DNA of 61,316 nucleotides from a virus (taxonomy: Duplodnaviria > Caudoviricetes): IMG/VR virus record IMGVR_UViG_3300042465_001021, positions 1-61,316 of that record, one strand, 5' to 3'. Shown here piece by piece: positions 36,567 to 46,034 of the stretch. Position numbers and translations under genes: made by a program. The stretch's first letter is position 1; every line of letters begins with the position of its first letter. The notes below the pieces were generated by a model. It saw only the letters and a list, made by a program, of their open reading frames with translations, searched no databases and was not told the DNA's origin.

Positions 36567-38077
36567 GCCTGCAATTAACGCCTGACAAGCTGCAAAAACT
36601 CAAAGCAGCACTGCCGATGATGCCCGACAAGGAGAAACGTCGGGTTGCTGAGCTATTAAAGAACTACCAGCAGCAGATTACGCAGGCAAAAGGGAAGGAT
36701 TCTTTCCTCGACTTCATCGGACACGTGTACCCCGGCTATAAAGTTGGCCCTCATCACAAAAAACTAGCAAGAATCTTCGAGGAAATTGCTGAAGGCAAGA
36801 AGAAACGGGTGATTGTGAACATCGCCCCGCGTCACGGCAAGTCGGAGATGATCAGTTACCTCGCCCCGGCGTGGTTTCTAGGCAAGTTTCCGCAGAAGAA
36901 GGTCATCATGGCGTCCCACACCGCAGACTTGGCGGTGAATTTCGGTCGCAGAGTCAGAAACTTGGTGGGATCGGAGAGCTACCGTGACATCTTTCCTACT
37001 GTCGAGCTTCAAGCAGATAGCAAAAGTGCTTCTCGCTGGGGTACAAACTTTAATGGTGAGTATTTTGCTATTGGCGTTGGTGGTGCCTTGGCTGGTCGGG
37101 GTGCTGATCTATTCATTATTGATGATCCTCATTCTGAACAGGAAGCCAAGCAAGGAAGAGCTGACGTATTTGAACCCGCTTGGGAATGGTTTCAGTCTGG
37201 ACCTGTTCAAAGATTGATGCCGGGTGGCGCGATCATCGTGGTGATGACCCGATGGAGCAAGATGGACTTGACCGGCAAGATCGTGGATCACATGACCCGC
37301 GAAGACGGGGCAGATCAGTGGGAAGTGGTTGAGTTCCCTGCCATTTTGAACGAGAAACCCCTATGGCCTGAGTTCTGGGGGATTGACGAGCTTCTAGCGA
37401 AGAAAGCCTCGATGGATGTGCGGTATTGGCAAGCCCAGTACATGCAGCAGCCGACCTCGGAGGAAGGCGCACTCCTCAAGCGTGAGTGGTGGCAGGTATG
37501 GGAGGCGGATAACCCACCCCCGTGCGAACACATCATAATGAGCCTCGACGCCGCGCAGGAGAAAACCAACCGGTCGGACTTCAACGCCCTGACCACGTGG
37601 GGGGTCTTCTTTAACGAGGAGACCAAGAACTACAACATCATCCTGCTCAACTCCATAAAACAAAGACTGGAGTTCCCAGAGCTAAAGGCGATGGTGTTGG
37701 AGGAGTACAAGGAGTGGAACCCGGACACGTTCATCGTGGAGAAGAAGTCCAACGGCGCAGCCCTGTATCAGGAGTTCCGCAGGATGGGTGTGCCCATCTC
37801 GGAGTTCACGCCGGGTAAGGGTCAGGACAAGATTTCCCGAGTTAATGCGGTGTCAGACTTGTTTTCTTCAGGTATAGTCTGGTGTACTGACCACAGGTGG
37901 GCCAGAGAAGTAGTCGAAGAGTGTAACGATTTCCCAAGTGGAACACATGATGACTTGGTTGACTCGACAACTCTAGCACTTCTTCGTTTCCGCCAAGGTG
38001 GATTTATTCGCCTGCCAACTGACGAGCCAGAGCCAACTAAGTGGTTCAAGAGCAACAGGCGCGAAGGGTATTACTAG
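36563..38077 (+). CDS. terL: terminase large subunit
   Basis: APRHGKS Walker A, IIDDP Walker B, VMTRW coupling motif, SLDAA and HDDLVDS nuclease motifs. Confidence 0.95.
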   Translation: MSLQLTPDKLQKLKAALPMMPDKEKRRVAELLKNYQQQITQAKGKDSFLDFIGHVYPGYKVGPHHKKLARIFEEIAEGKKKRVIVNIAPRHGKSEMISYLAPAWFLGKFPQKKVIMASHTADLAVNFGRRVRNLVGSESYRDIFPTVELQADSKSASRWGTNFNGEYFAIGVGGALAGRGADLFIIDDPHSEQEAKQGRADVFEPAWEWFQSGPVQRLMPGGAIIVVMTRWSKMDLTGKIVDHMTREDGADQWEVVEFPAILNEKPLWPEFWGIDELLAKKASMDVRYWQAQYMQQPTSEEGALLKREWWQVWEADNPPPCEHIIMSLDAAQEKTNRSDFNALTTWGVFFNEETKNYNIILLNSIKQRLEFPELKAMVLEEYKEWNPDTFIVEKKSNGAALYQEFRRMGVPISEFTPGKGQDKISRVNAVSDLFSSGIVWCTDHRWAREVVEECNDFPSGTHDDLVDSTTLALLRFRQGGFIRLPTDEPEPTKWFKSNRREGYY

Positions 38078-38087
38078 GAGAATTTAG

Positions 38088-40628
38088 ATGGCCGTCGATA
38101 GAAGTTTGATGCAGGCTCCGATGGGTCTTGAAGCTATGGCTGCCGAGATGGAGCCGATTGAGATCGAGATCGTGGACCCAGAGGCGGTTCGCATCGGCAT
38201 CGATGGGATGGAGATTAGCCTTGAAAAAGAGGCACCCAGAGCAGAAGATTTCGACGCAAACCTTGCAGAATTTATCGATGAGCAAGAACTTCAACTCCTA
38301 GCGTCTGAACTGCTGGGAGACTACGAGCAGGATTTAAGTTCAAGAAAGGATTGGCTCGACACGTATGTAAAAGGACTAAAGATCCTCGGCATTCGCTACG
38401 AGGAAAGAACAGAGCCGTGGCCGGGTGCGTGTGGCGTGTTCCACCCGCTCTTGATGGAGTCGGCTGTTAAGTTCCAGTCCGAGACGATCATGGAGACCTT
38501 CCCAGCGATGGGTCCGGTCAAGACCAAGATTATCGGCAAGGAGACCCCGGAGAAGAAGGACTCGGCTATTCGTGTCGCTGATGACATGAACTACAAGCTG
38601 ACCGAGGAAATGAAGGAGTATCGCCCGGAGCATGAGCGTCTCCTGCTTTCGCTGGCTCTGTCGGGCAACGCATTTAAGAAGGTGTACTTTGACCCGTCAC
38701 TAAACCGTCAGACGGCTGTCTATATCCCGGCTGAAGATATCGTGGTGCCATACGGCGCTGCCAACATTGAATCGGCTGAGCGTGTTACGCACCGGATGCG
38801 TAAGACCAAGAACGAGGTCAAGAAGCTTCAGTACGCAGGGTTTTATCGTGACGTTGATCTGGGTGATCCGGTTCGCGTCATGGACGAGGTGGAGAAGCAG
38901 AAGGCAGAGGATCAAGGCTTCTCGGCAAGCATGGACGACCGGTTCCAGTTGCTTGAGATGCACGTGAACCTTGACCTGAAAGATTATCCAGACGTTGACG
39001 ATGACAATAGTGAGACGGGGATCGCACTGCCATACGTGGTGACGATTGAGAAGGGAACAGGAACAGTCCTAGCCATACGCAGGAACTGGAAAGAAGACGA
39101 TGAACTCAAAGCCAAGCGACAGCACTTTGTTCATTATGGTTACATCCCCGGCTTCGGGTTCTACTACTTTGGTCTCATCCACCTTATCGGCGGACACTCT
39201 AAGGCAGCTACATCACTTCTTCGCCAGCTTATCGACGCAGGAACACTCAGCAACCTTCCGGGTGGTCTCAAGTCGCGCGGGTTGCGAATTAAGGGAGACG
39301 ATACGCCTATTGCTCCGGGAGAATTCCGAGACGTAGACGTACCAAGTGGCGCGATCAAGGACAACATCCTCCCGCTGCCATACAAGGAACCCTCGCAGAC
39401 TCTTGCTCAGTTGATGGATCGAGTGGTCGAGGAAGGCCGCCGCTTCGCTGCTGTGTCGGATCTGAAAGTCAGCGATATGTCGTCGCAGGCTCCGGTCGGT
39501 ACGACGTTGGCTATTTTGGAGCGTGTTCTCAAGGTGATGTCGGCTGTTCAGGCTCGCATCCACTACACGATGAAGCAGGAGTTCAAGCTCCTCGCTGCGA
39601 TCATCCGAGACTATACGCCAGAGGAGTACAGCTACGAGCCAGAAGTCGGCGGTCGCAAGGCCAAGAAGTCCGACTACGACAACGTGGACATCCTCCCGGT
39701 GTCCGACCCGAACGCGGCAACCATGTCGCAGAAGGTGGTGCAGTACCAAGCTGTGCTGCAACTCTCGCAGTCGGCTCCTCAGATTTACGATTTACCCTAT
39801 CTTCATCGGCAGATGATTGAGACCTTGGGCATCAGGAATGCCAACAAGATTATCCCCGCTGCTGATGATCAAAAGCCTGTAGACCCGGTGACGGAGAACA
39901 TGAATCTCTTGAACGGCAAACCCGTCAAGGCGTTCTACTACCAAGATCACGAGGCGCATCTACAGGTTCACATGATGGCCATGCAAGATCCGAAAATCAT
40001 GCAGATTGTGGGTCAGAACCCGCAGGCTCAGTCCATCATGGCCGCTGGCGCTGCTCACATCATGGAGCACGTGGCGTTTCAGTACCGCAAGGAAATCGAG
40101 AAGCAGTTGGGAGCGAATCTCCCGCCGATGCCCGATGCGGAGAAAGACGAGAACTTCCTGCCAGAAGCAGCCGAGGTTCAGATATCTCAACTTGCCGCCG
40201 CAGCCGCTGCCAAGTTGTTGCAGAAGGATCAAGCCGAGGCCCAAGCCGCCCAAGCGCAGCAACAGGCGCAAGACCCTGTTATCCAGATGCAGCAGATGGA
40301 GCTTCAACTTCGTCAACAAGAGTTGCAGATCCAGCAGCAGAAGTTGCAGATCGATGCTCAGGTCAAAATGGCCGAGCAGCAGCGTAAAGAGAAGGAGTTG
40401 CAGATCGACGCGGCGCTCAAAGCCGATGAGATCGAACTTCGTCAGCTTGAGATATCGAACCGTCAGCAGATCGAAGCCGCCAAGATGGGCGCAGACATCC
40501 AGAAACACAAAGCTAGCTTGGCTGCGAAACAGCAGGCAGACGGAGTGCGGATGGGCATCGATATTGCCAAGGCAAAAGAATCCGCTGATCTTCAGCGTAA
40601 CCGCCCCCAAAAGGGCAAGAAGGAGTAA
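38088..40628 (+). CDS. portal protein (P22-like, long coiled-coil C-terminus)
   Basis: 846 aa after terL; PWPGACGVFHPLL, GNAFKKVYFD, APGEFRDVD, Gln-rich barrel-like tail. Confidence 0.85.
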   Translation: MAVDRSLMQAPMGLEAMAAEMEPIEIEIVDPEAVRIGIDGMEISLEKEAPRAEDFDANLAEFIDEQELQLLASELLGDYEQDLSSRKDWLDTYVKGLKILGIRYEERTEPWPGACGVFHPLLMESAVKFQSETIMETFPAMGPVKTKIIGKETPEKKDSAIRVADDMNYKLTEEMKEYRPEHERLLLSLALSGNAFKKVYFDPSLNRQTAVYIPAEDIVVPYGAANIESAERVTHRMRKTKNEVKKLQYAGFYRDVDLGDPVRVMDEVEKQKAEDQGFSASMDDRFQLLEMHVNLDLKDYPDVDDDNSETGIALPYVVTIEKGTGTVLAIRRNWKEDDELKAKRQHFVHYGYIPGFGFYYFGLIHLIGGHSKAATSLLRQLIDAGTLSNLPGGLKSRGLRIKGDDTPIAPGEFRDVDVPSGAIKDNILPLPYKEPSQTLAQLMDRVVEEGRRFAAVSDLKVSDMSSQAPVGTTLAILERVLKVMSAVQARIHYTMKQEFKLLAAIIRDYTPEEYSYEPEVGGRKAKKSDYDNVDILPVSDPNAATMSQKVVQYQAVLQLSQSAPQIYDLPYLHRQMIETLGIRNANKIIPAADDQKPVDPVTENMNLLNGKPVKAFYYQDHEAHLQVHMMAMQDPKIMQIVGQNPQAQSIMAAGAAHIMEHVAFQYRKEIEKQLGANLPPMPDAEKDENFLPEAAEVQISQLAAAAAAKLLQKDQAEAQAAQAQQQAQDPVIQMQQMELQLRQQELQIQQQKLQIDAQVKMAEQQRKEKELQIDAALKADEIELRQLEISNRQQIEAAKMGADIQKHKASLAAKQQADGVRMGIDIAKAKESADLQRNRPQKGKKE

Positions 40629-40826
40629 ATGAGTTATACGACAGCACTCGACTACCTCAAATCAAAACTTGAGGACGAGCGTTCCAACATCGTGTCTTTT
40701 CTGTCTCAAGGCACTTTGAAGGACATCGAAGAGTATCGAAGATTGTGCGGCATCATCCAAGGTCTTGATGCAGCCAAAGTTTTGATTTCAGACCTTGAAA
40801 AACGGATGGAGACAGACGATGAGTAA
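40629..40826 (+). CDS. small conserved head-module protein
   Basis: EEYRRLCGIIQGL motif between portal and the GroES-like gene. Confidence 0.65.
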   Translation: MSYTTALDYLKSKLEDERSNIVSFLSQGTLKDIEEYRRLCGIIQGLDAAKVLISDLEKRMETDDE

Positions 40827-41196
40827 TATTGATATTGAGAAAACACAGGAAGAGGCCAAGAAAGCCTCGTTGCTCCCAGCGCCGAGAGGGTATCGGTTGC
40901 TGTGCGCGGTTCCTCATGTAGAAGAGGAATTTGAAGGCGGCATCGTCAAGGCCGAGGACACCAAGCGTACGGAGGAACTGACTACGGTCGTTCTCTTTGT
41001 CGTGAAGGTGGGTGACATGGCCTACAAGGATAAGGATCGGTTTCCGACTGGTCCGTGGTGCAAGGAAGGGGACTTTGTTCTGACCCGTCCGTACGCAGGC
41101 ACCCGCGTGGTCATTCATGGCCGCGAGTTCCGAATCATCAACGACGACAGTGTGGAAGCGGTGGTCGATGACCCCCGTGGTATCCGCCGCGCATAA
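40819..41196 (+). CDS. groES: GroES/Cpn10-like co-chaperonin
   Basis: PRGYRLL, mobile loop EGGIVK, VVKVG, KEGDFVL..YAGT....GREFRIINDDSVEAVV. Confidence 0.8.
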   Translation: MSNIDIEKTQEEAKKASLLPAPRGYRLLCAVPHVEEEFEGGIVKAEDTKRTEELTTVVLFVVKVGDMAYKDKDRFPTGPWCKEGDFVLTRPYAGTRVVIHGREFRIINDDSVEAVVDDPRGIRRA

Positions 41197-41206
41197 GGAG
41201 TAAATC

Positions 41207-42181
41207 ATGGCAGATCTTGAAGAATACAAATTCCCCGACGAAGTAGAGGCTGAAAACAAAGCCAAAGACACGGCGGGTGAAGACGATTTCAGTATTGAAA
41301 TTGTGGACGATATGCCTCCAGAGGATCGGCAGCATTCTCGCCCGATGCCCGAGGAAATCGTTAAGAAGCTGGAAAAGGACGAGTTGGATGAGTATTCCGA
41401 CGACGTAAAAGAACGCTTCCGCCAGATGAAAAAGGTCTGGAATGACGAGCGTCGTGCCAAGGAATCAGCAGCCCGTGAGCGTGAGGAAGCCCTCAAGTTC
41501 GCTCAATCTCAGATGGAAGAGAACAAGCGTCTCAAGCAGCGCCTTGGCGTTGGTGAGCGAGTCTTTATCCAAGAGGTCACTAAGGCTGCAAACAACGAGC
41601 TTTTGACCGCTAAAGAAAAGCTAAAGCAAGCTTACGAATCAGGCGATGCCGAAAACATTGCTCTGGCTCAAGAGGCGATGACTGACGCGAAGCTTAAACT
41701 GAAACAGTACGAAGGCTTCCGTCCCTCTTTACAATCAGAAGAGGAAAGTGTACAACCGCCTCAACAGGTAACGACGCCACAAGCGCCTGCTCCAGCAATC
41801 GACCCAAAAGCCGATGCTTGGAAACGGAACAACACTTGGTTCGGCGTGGACGAGGAGATGACCGCCCTCGCACTCGGCCTGCACGAAAAACTGGTCAGGT
41901 CTGGAGTCGATCCGCGTAGTGACGAGTACTACCAAAAGATCGATGCAACGATGAGGAAGCGGTTTCCTGAGACGTTCGACGACGTTGAAGAAGCCAAACC
42001 TCAAAAGGAAGAACCCAAACCTTCTTCTAAGTCAAAGCCATCCACAAACGTGGCCCCTGTAACGCGGGGAACCGCACCTCGTCAAATTCGTTTGACGGCT
42101 ACGCAAGTTGCTCTGGCTAAAAAACTTGGCTTGAGTAATGAACAGTACGCACGTGAATTGATGAAACTGGAGGCTAACTAA
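41207..42181 (+). CDS. capsid scaffolding protein
   Basis: Acidic coiled coil, C-terminal LTATQVALAKKLGLSNEQYA helix. Confidence 0.7.
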   Translation: MADLEEYKFPDEVEAENKAKDTAGEDDFSIEIVDDMPPEDRQHSRPMPEEIVKKLEKDELDEYSDDVKERFRQMKKVWNDERRAKESAAREREEALKFAQSQMEENKRLKQRLGVGERVFIQEVTKAANNELLTAKEKLKQAYESGDAENIALAQEAMTDAKLKLKQYEGFRPSLQSEEESVQPPQQVTTPQAPAPAIDPKADAWKRNNTWFGVDEEMTALALGLHEKLVRSGVDPRSDEYYQKIDATMRKRFPETFDDVEEAKPQKEEPKPSSKSKPSTNVAPVTRGTAPRQIRLTATQVALAKKLGLSNEQYARELMKLEAN

Positions 42182-42182
42182 A

Positions 42183-42632
42183 ATGGCTGAGAATCGTTTG
42201 CAACGAGAAGTTGAGAGTAGAGACGCCGCGCAGCGAAAGATGTCGTGGGCACCGCCCCAAACGCTCCCCGAACCGGAGCCGCAGGAAGGTTGGGTGTTCC
42301 GCTGGATTCGGACCAGTATTATGGGTCAAGCAGATCCCTCTAATACGTCTGCAAAGTTTCGGGAAGGCTGGGAGCCTGTGAAGGCTTCTGAACAACCCAA
42401 GCTGATGATGCAAGCTGATCCCAATGGACGTTTTAAAGACAACATTGAGATTGGTGGGTTGTTGCTCTGCAAGGCTCCAAAGGAGTTGATGGACCAGCGT
42501 GATAGCTATTACGCGAAACAGGCCCAAGCTCAGTTGCAGTCAGTGGACAACAACTTTATGAGGCTGAACGACGAACGTATGCCCCTCTTCACTGAGAAGA
42601 AAACTACGGTCTCGTTTGGCAAGGGTAAATAA
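42183..42632 (+). CDS. conserved head-module protein
   Basis: FRWIR...REGWEPV...GGLLLCK. Confidence 0.65.
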   Translation: MAENRLQREVESRDAAQRKMSWAPPQTLPEPEPQEGWVFRWIRTSIMGQADPSNTSAKFREGWEPVKASEQPKLMMQADPNGRFKDNIEIGGLLLCKAPKELMDQRDSYYAKQAQAQLQSVDNNFMRLNDERMPLFTEKKTTVSFGKGK

Positions 42633-42650
42633 CTTATTTTGGAGTAACAA

Positions 42651-43310
42651 ATGGCTTATCCTACCGTTGACAAGCCTTATGGCTTGAAGCCGATCAACTT
42701 GATCGGTGGGCAGGTGTTTGCCGGTGCAACTCGTCAGCGTCGTATCGCTTCTGGTGCTGCTAGCATCGGTTACGGTGACCCGCTGCAATTTGCTTCGGAC
42801 GGCACTGTTGAAGTAACGACCTCGACGACGACGGCCCCTGTCGCTGGCTTTGCTGGCGTGTTCTTGGGCTGTAACTTCGTATCCTCTGTGACGGGTCAGC
42901 CGACCTACTCGCAGTCTTGGATTTCGGGTACTGCGGTCAAGGCTGGTACGTACATTGTTGCGTACGTGGTTGACGACCCGGACACTCTGTTCAAGGCTGT
43001 TGGTGTGACGGCTTCGCTGGTGGTTTCGACCACGGGCGGTTTCGAGTACACGAGCATTGGTTTGAACGTGGCTCTCGTGGCGAACACGCTGAACACGACG
43101 ACGAACGATTCGCAACAGGGTCTGTTGGTTGGCTCGGCTGCCACTACTCGTGCGTTGCCGATGCGTATCATCGACGTTGTTGAAGACACGGCGTTCGTGT
43201 CGAGCGGTACCGTTTACTACCCTGAAGTTATCGTCAAGTTTAACGCTCCGTACGTAACTTCTGGCGTGGTTGAGGGCGGTCACGCTTACAACAACCCGCT
43301 GGGTATTTAA
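42651..43310 (+). CDS. probable capsid decoration protein
   Basis: Beta-rich Thr/Ala/Gly/Val protein just before the MCP; GVFLGC, DDPD motifs. Confidence 0.6.
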   Translation: MAYPTVDKPYGLKPINLIGGQVFAGATRQRRIASGAASIGYGDPLQFASDGTVEVTTSTTTAPVAGFAGVFLGCNFVSSVTGQPTYSQSWISGTAVKAGTYIVAYVVDDPDTLFKAVGVTASLVVSTTGGFEYTSIGLNVALVANTLNTTTNDSQQGLLVGSAATTRALPMRIIDVVEDTAFVSSGTVYYPEVIVKFNAPYVTSGVVEGGHAYNNPLGI

Positions 43311-43325
43311 TAGGAGTTCTGAAAA

Positions 43326-44234
43326 ATGGCTATTTCACGTGCACAATTACTCAAAGAACTCCTTCCGGGTTTGAACGCCCTGTTTGGTCTTGAGTACAAG
43401 TCCTATGGTGAGGAGCACAAGGAGATCTACGATACCGAGACCTCCGAGCGTTCCTTTGAAGAAGAGACGAAGCTGAGCGGATTCTCCGCTGCCCCCGTGA
43501 AGAACGAGGGTCAGGCCATTGCGTACGACAACGCGCAGGAAGCTTGGACGGCTCGTTACAACCACGAGACGATTGCTCTCGGCTTCTCCATCACGGAAGA
43601 GGCGGTTGAGGACAACCTGTACGACTCGCTCAGCAAGCGTTATACAAAGGCTCTTGCTCGCGCTATGGCGTACACGAAGCAGGTCAAGGCGGCGTCGGTT
43701 CTGAACAATGGCTTCTCTTCGTCCTACGTGGGCGGTGACGGCCAGCCGTTGTTCTCGGCCTCGCATCCGCTTGTTTCGGGTGGCACCAACAGCAACCGTT
43801 TGACGGCCTCGGATCTCAACGAAACTTCGTTGGAAGCTGCGGTTATTCAGATTGCTGGTTGGACCGACGAACGTGGTCTCTTGATCGCGGCGAAGCCCAA
43901 CAAGCTCATCGTGCCCCCGTCATTGATGTTCACTGCCAAGCGACTCCTCGATACGGAACTCCGTGTTGCGACCGCTGACAACGACATCAACGCGTTAAAG
44001 GCGATGGGTTCGATTCCGGGCGGTTACACCGTGAACCACTTCTTGACCGACACGAATGCTTGGTTCTTGACGACCGACGTTCCGAACGGCATGAAGCACT
44101 TCGTTCGTACCCCGCTGCAAAACAGCATGGATGGCGATTTCGACACCGGCAACGTCCGGTACAAGAGCCGCGAGCGTTATAGCTTCGGCTGGTCGGACCC
44201 GCTGGGCATGTTCGCTTCGCCGGGCGCGTCCTGA
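43326..44234 (+). CDS. major capsid protein
   Basis: MAISRAQLLKELLPGLNALFG...GDFDTGNVRYKSRERYSFGWSDP; strong RBS; terminator downstream. Confidence 0.9.
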   Translation: MAISRAQLLKELLPGLNALFGLEYKSYGEEHKEIYDTETSERSFEEETKLSGFSAAPVKNEGQAIAYDNAQEAWTARYNHETIALGFSITEEAVEDNLYDSLSKRYTKALARAMAYTKQVKAASVLNNGFSSSYVGGDGQPLFSASHPLVSGGTNSNRLTASDLNETSLEAAVIQIAGWTDERGLLIAAKPNKLIVPPSLMFTAKRLLDTELRVATADNDINALKAMGSIPGGYTVNHFLTDTNAWFLTTDVPNGMKHFVRTPLQNSMDGDFDTGNVRYKSRERYSFGWSDPLGMFASPGAS

Positions 44235-44260
44235 GTTTGATTGAGTCCTAGAGAGATTGG

Positions 44261-44298
44261 GGGGTTACAAGTAGAAATGCTTGTAGCCCCTCTTTTTT
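44261..44298 (+). terminator. Rho-independent terminator after MCP
   Basis: GGGGTTACAAGTA-GAAA-TGCTTGTAGCCCC then TCTTTTTT. Confidence 0.85.
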
Positions 44299-44309
44299 AG
44301 TGATATACA

Positions 44310-44397
44310 GTCGTTATCGGGAAAAAACCGTTTACCAGACAGCCCCGACTGACGACATGCAGACTGGTAAACATTTACTCGCATGTGAGGAATTGAA
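44310..44397 (+). ncRNA. candidate structured cis-regulatory RNA (double pseudoknot) in the 5' leader
   Basis: 9-bp stem GTTTACCAG/CTGGTAAAC; its loop pairs with upstream TCGGG and with downstream GCATGT next to the RBS; promoter TTGTAG-N17-TATACA with extended TG upstream. Confidence 0.55.
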
Positions 44398-44616
44398 ATG
44401 GCACGTACTACGTTTTCGGGTCCGGTTAAGTCGGACAATGGCTTTGAGGGCGATATCGTTGGTGGTGTTGTATCCGCTTCGACCCTTGTGATCGGTACGA
44501 CGACTGTCACTGCTGGTGTCGCCACGGGTTCGGTTTCGGCTCAAGCCGGTTATATCCCGGTCAAAATTGGATCGACCGTTAAGTACATCGCGCTGTATTC
44601 CAGCCTGACTCCGTAA
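44398..44616 (+). CDS. small structural protein (possible head fibre/decoration)
   Basis: MARTTFSGPVKSDNGF N-terminus; followed by a GGGGGC-GCAA-GCCCCC hairpin at 44627-44642. Confidence 0.7.
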   Translation: MARTTFSGPVKSDNGFEGDIVGGVVSASTLVIGTTTVTAGVATGSVSAQAGYIPVKIGSTVKYIALYSSLTP

Positions 44617-44665
44617 GATTTCGTAGGGGGGCGCAAGCCCCCTTCATCCATTACAGGAGATCCAG

Positions 44666-44971
44666 ATGGGTATGCAAACAGATGTCTTAGCCAGTCAACC
44701 CCGTACTGATGCGGGGCAACTGCTGGACCAGAATAGCCTTGTTATTGGCCGTTCGCGTGTGAAAGCGATTTACATCATCCCGACCTCTTCGGCTGGTCAA
44801 GTCGTGTTCCGCGATGGCGGATCGGGCGGTCCGGTCAAGATCACCGTGAACACCCTTGCTAGTTCCAGCGCACCGGATTACGTCCTGCTGCCGGGTGAAG
44901 GTCTTCTCTTCCAAGAGAACGTCTACATTGCCCCGTCAGCCGTAGTCTCGACGATGGTGATCTATGGCTAA
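44666..44971 (+). CDS. structural protein (beta-rich)
   Basis: MQTDV...RVKAIY...PGEGLLF...VIYG. Confidence 0.65.
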   Translation: MGMQTDVLASQPRTDAGQLLDQNSLVIGRSRVKAIYIIPTSSAGQVVFRDGGSGGPVKITVNTLASSSAPDYVLLPGEGLLFQENVYIAPSAVVSTMVIYG

Positions 44972-45218
44972 GTCTCCGGCTTGGCAGCGCAAGGAAGGGA
45001 AGAACCCGAAGGGCGGCTTGAATGCCAAAGGTCGGGCTTCTTACAACCGAGCTAATCCCGGTAAACCCGGCCTGAAGGCACCGCAGCCTGAAGGCGGACC
45101 TCGTAAGAAATCATTCTGTGCGAGGATGTCGGGAATGAAGAAAAAGCTGACAAGCGCGAAGACGGCCAATGATCCCAACAGTCGTATCAACAAGTCCCTC
45201 AGAGCATGGAACTGCTGA
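44964..45218 (+). CDS. small basic protein (DUF6321-like)
   Basis: AWQRKEGKNPKGGLNAKGRAS...RKKSFCARM...SRINKSLRAWNC. Confidence 0.7.
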   Translation: MAKSPAWQRKEGKNPKGGLNAKGRASYNRANPGKPGLKAPQPEGGPRKKSFCARMSGMKKKLTSAKTANDPNSRINKSLRAWNC

Positions 45219-45219
45219 T

Positions 45220-45456
45220 ATGGAGATGGTCGTCTGGAACATGGTTCTTACGGGAATCGTGGCCATTTTGGGCTTTATCTTGAAAGAGAAGTTTGAAGAA
45301 CTCAAACGACTTGGCATCCTGCTCAACAGGACACGCGAAGAAGTAGCCCGTGACCACGTGACTCGTGCAGAAGTACGAGCAGATAACGAACAACTTTTGG
45401 CCCGACTTGACCGGTTGGAACAGAAAATTGACAGGCTGGTAGAAAATGCCAAGTAA
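45220..45456 (+). CDS. single-TM coiled-coil protein
   Basis: N-terminal hydrophobic helix, then LLNRTREEVAR...RLDRLEQKID. Confidence 0.6.
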   Translation: MEMVVWNMVLTGIVAILGFILKEKFEELKRLGILLNRTREEVARDHVTRAEVRADNEQLLARLDRLEQKIDRLVENAK

Positions 45457-45589
45457 ATCTGGCAAGCAACATCGTTTAATGGCCTTGGTTGCGAATGACC
45501 CGAAAGCAGCCAAACGTCTTGGAGTCCCCCAAAAGGTTGGGAAGGAATTCATGAAGGCTGACAAGGGTCGCAAGTTCAAGAGGAAATAA
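45446..45589 (+). CDS. small basic peptide (47 aa, not in ORF track)
   Basis: MPSKSGKQHRLMALVANDPKAAKRLGVPQKVGKEFMKADKGRKFKRK*. Confidence 0.65.
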   Translation: MPSKSGKQHRLMALVANDPKAAKRLGVPQKVGKEFMKADKGRKFKRK

Positions 45590-45591
45590 TC

Positions 45592-45807
45592 ATGGGAATG
45601 TCTCGTAAAGCGATTGATATGGCGAAAGCTGGCCGTGCTATGAAGCAGCCGACTCCTGACATGATGGGTCGTGCTATGGCTCCCGGCATGAAGAAGGGCG
45701 GCAAGGTAAAGTCTGGAAGCTCAGCCTCCAAGCGTGCTGACGGCGTTGCTCACAAGGGCAAGACCAAGGGCAAGATGGTCAAGATGGCTTACGGCGGTAA
45801 GTGCTAA
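45592..45807 (+). CDS. small basic peptide with MKKGG / SASKRADG motif
   Basis: 71 aa; MKKGG...SASKRADGVAHKGKTKGKMV..MAYGG. Confidence 0.7.
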   Translation: MGMSRKAIDMAKAGRAMKQPTPDMMGRAMAPGMKKGGKVKSGSSASKRADGVAHKGKTKGKMVKMAYGGKC

Positions 45808-46034
45808 TGAGCAGCAAGAACAAACCCAAGATGCCCCCTCCGTCCCCTTCGGACGACTTGATCCCTCCGTCGATGCTTCCGGATAAGCCGGGAATTCCTC
45901 CGGGCAAAGGCTACGGCGACGACATCAAAAAGAAGCCCCCAGTGAAAAAGGCTGGCGGGGGTTCAATCGGCTCTGCTTCCAAGCGTGCTGATGGTTGCGC
46001 TATTCGCGGTAAAACCCGAGGGAAGTTTGTATGA
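45807..46034 (+). CDS. small Pro/Lys-rich peptide with SASKRADG motif
   Basis: KAGGGSIGSASKRADGCAIRGKTRGKFV C-terminus. Confidence 0.65.
   Translation: MSSKNKPKMPPPSPSDDLIPPSMLPDKPGIPPGKGYGDDIKKKPPVKKAGGGSIGSASKRADGCAIRGKTRGKFV

Noticed and set aside
44349-44397. CTGACGA resembles the hammerhead ribozyme core CUGANGA
   Set aside because: The stem after it (CATGC/GCATG) is followed by TGAGG, not the required GAAA, and no stem III/UH arrangement could be built
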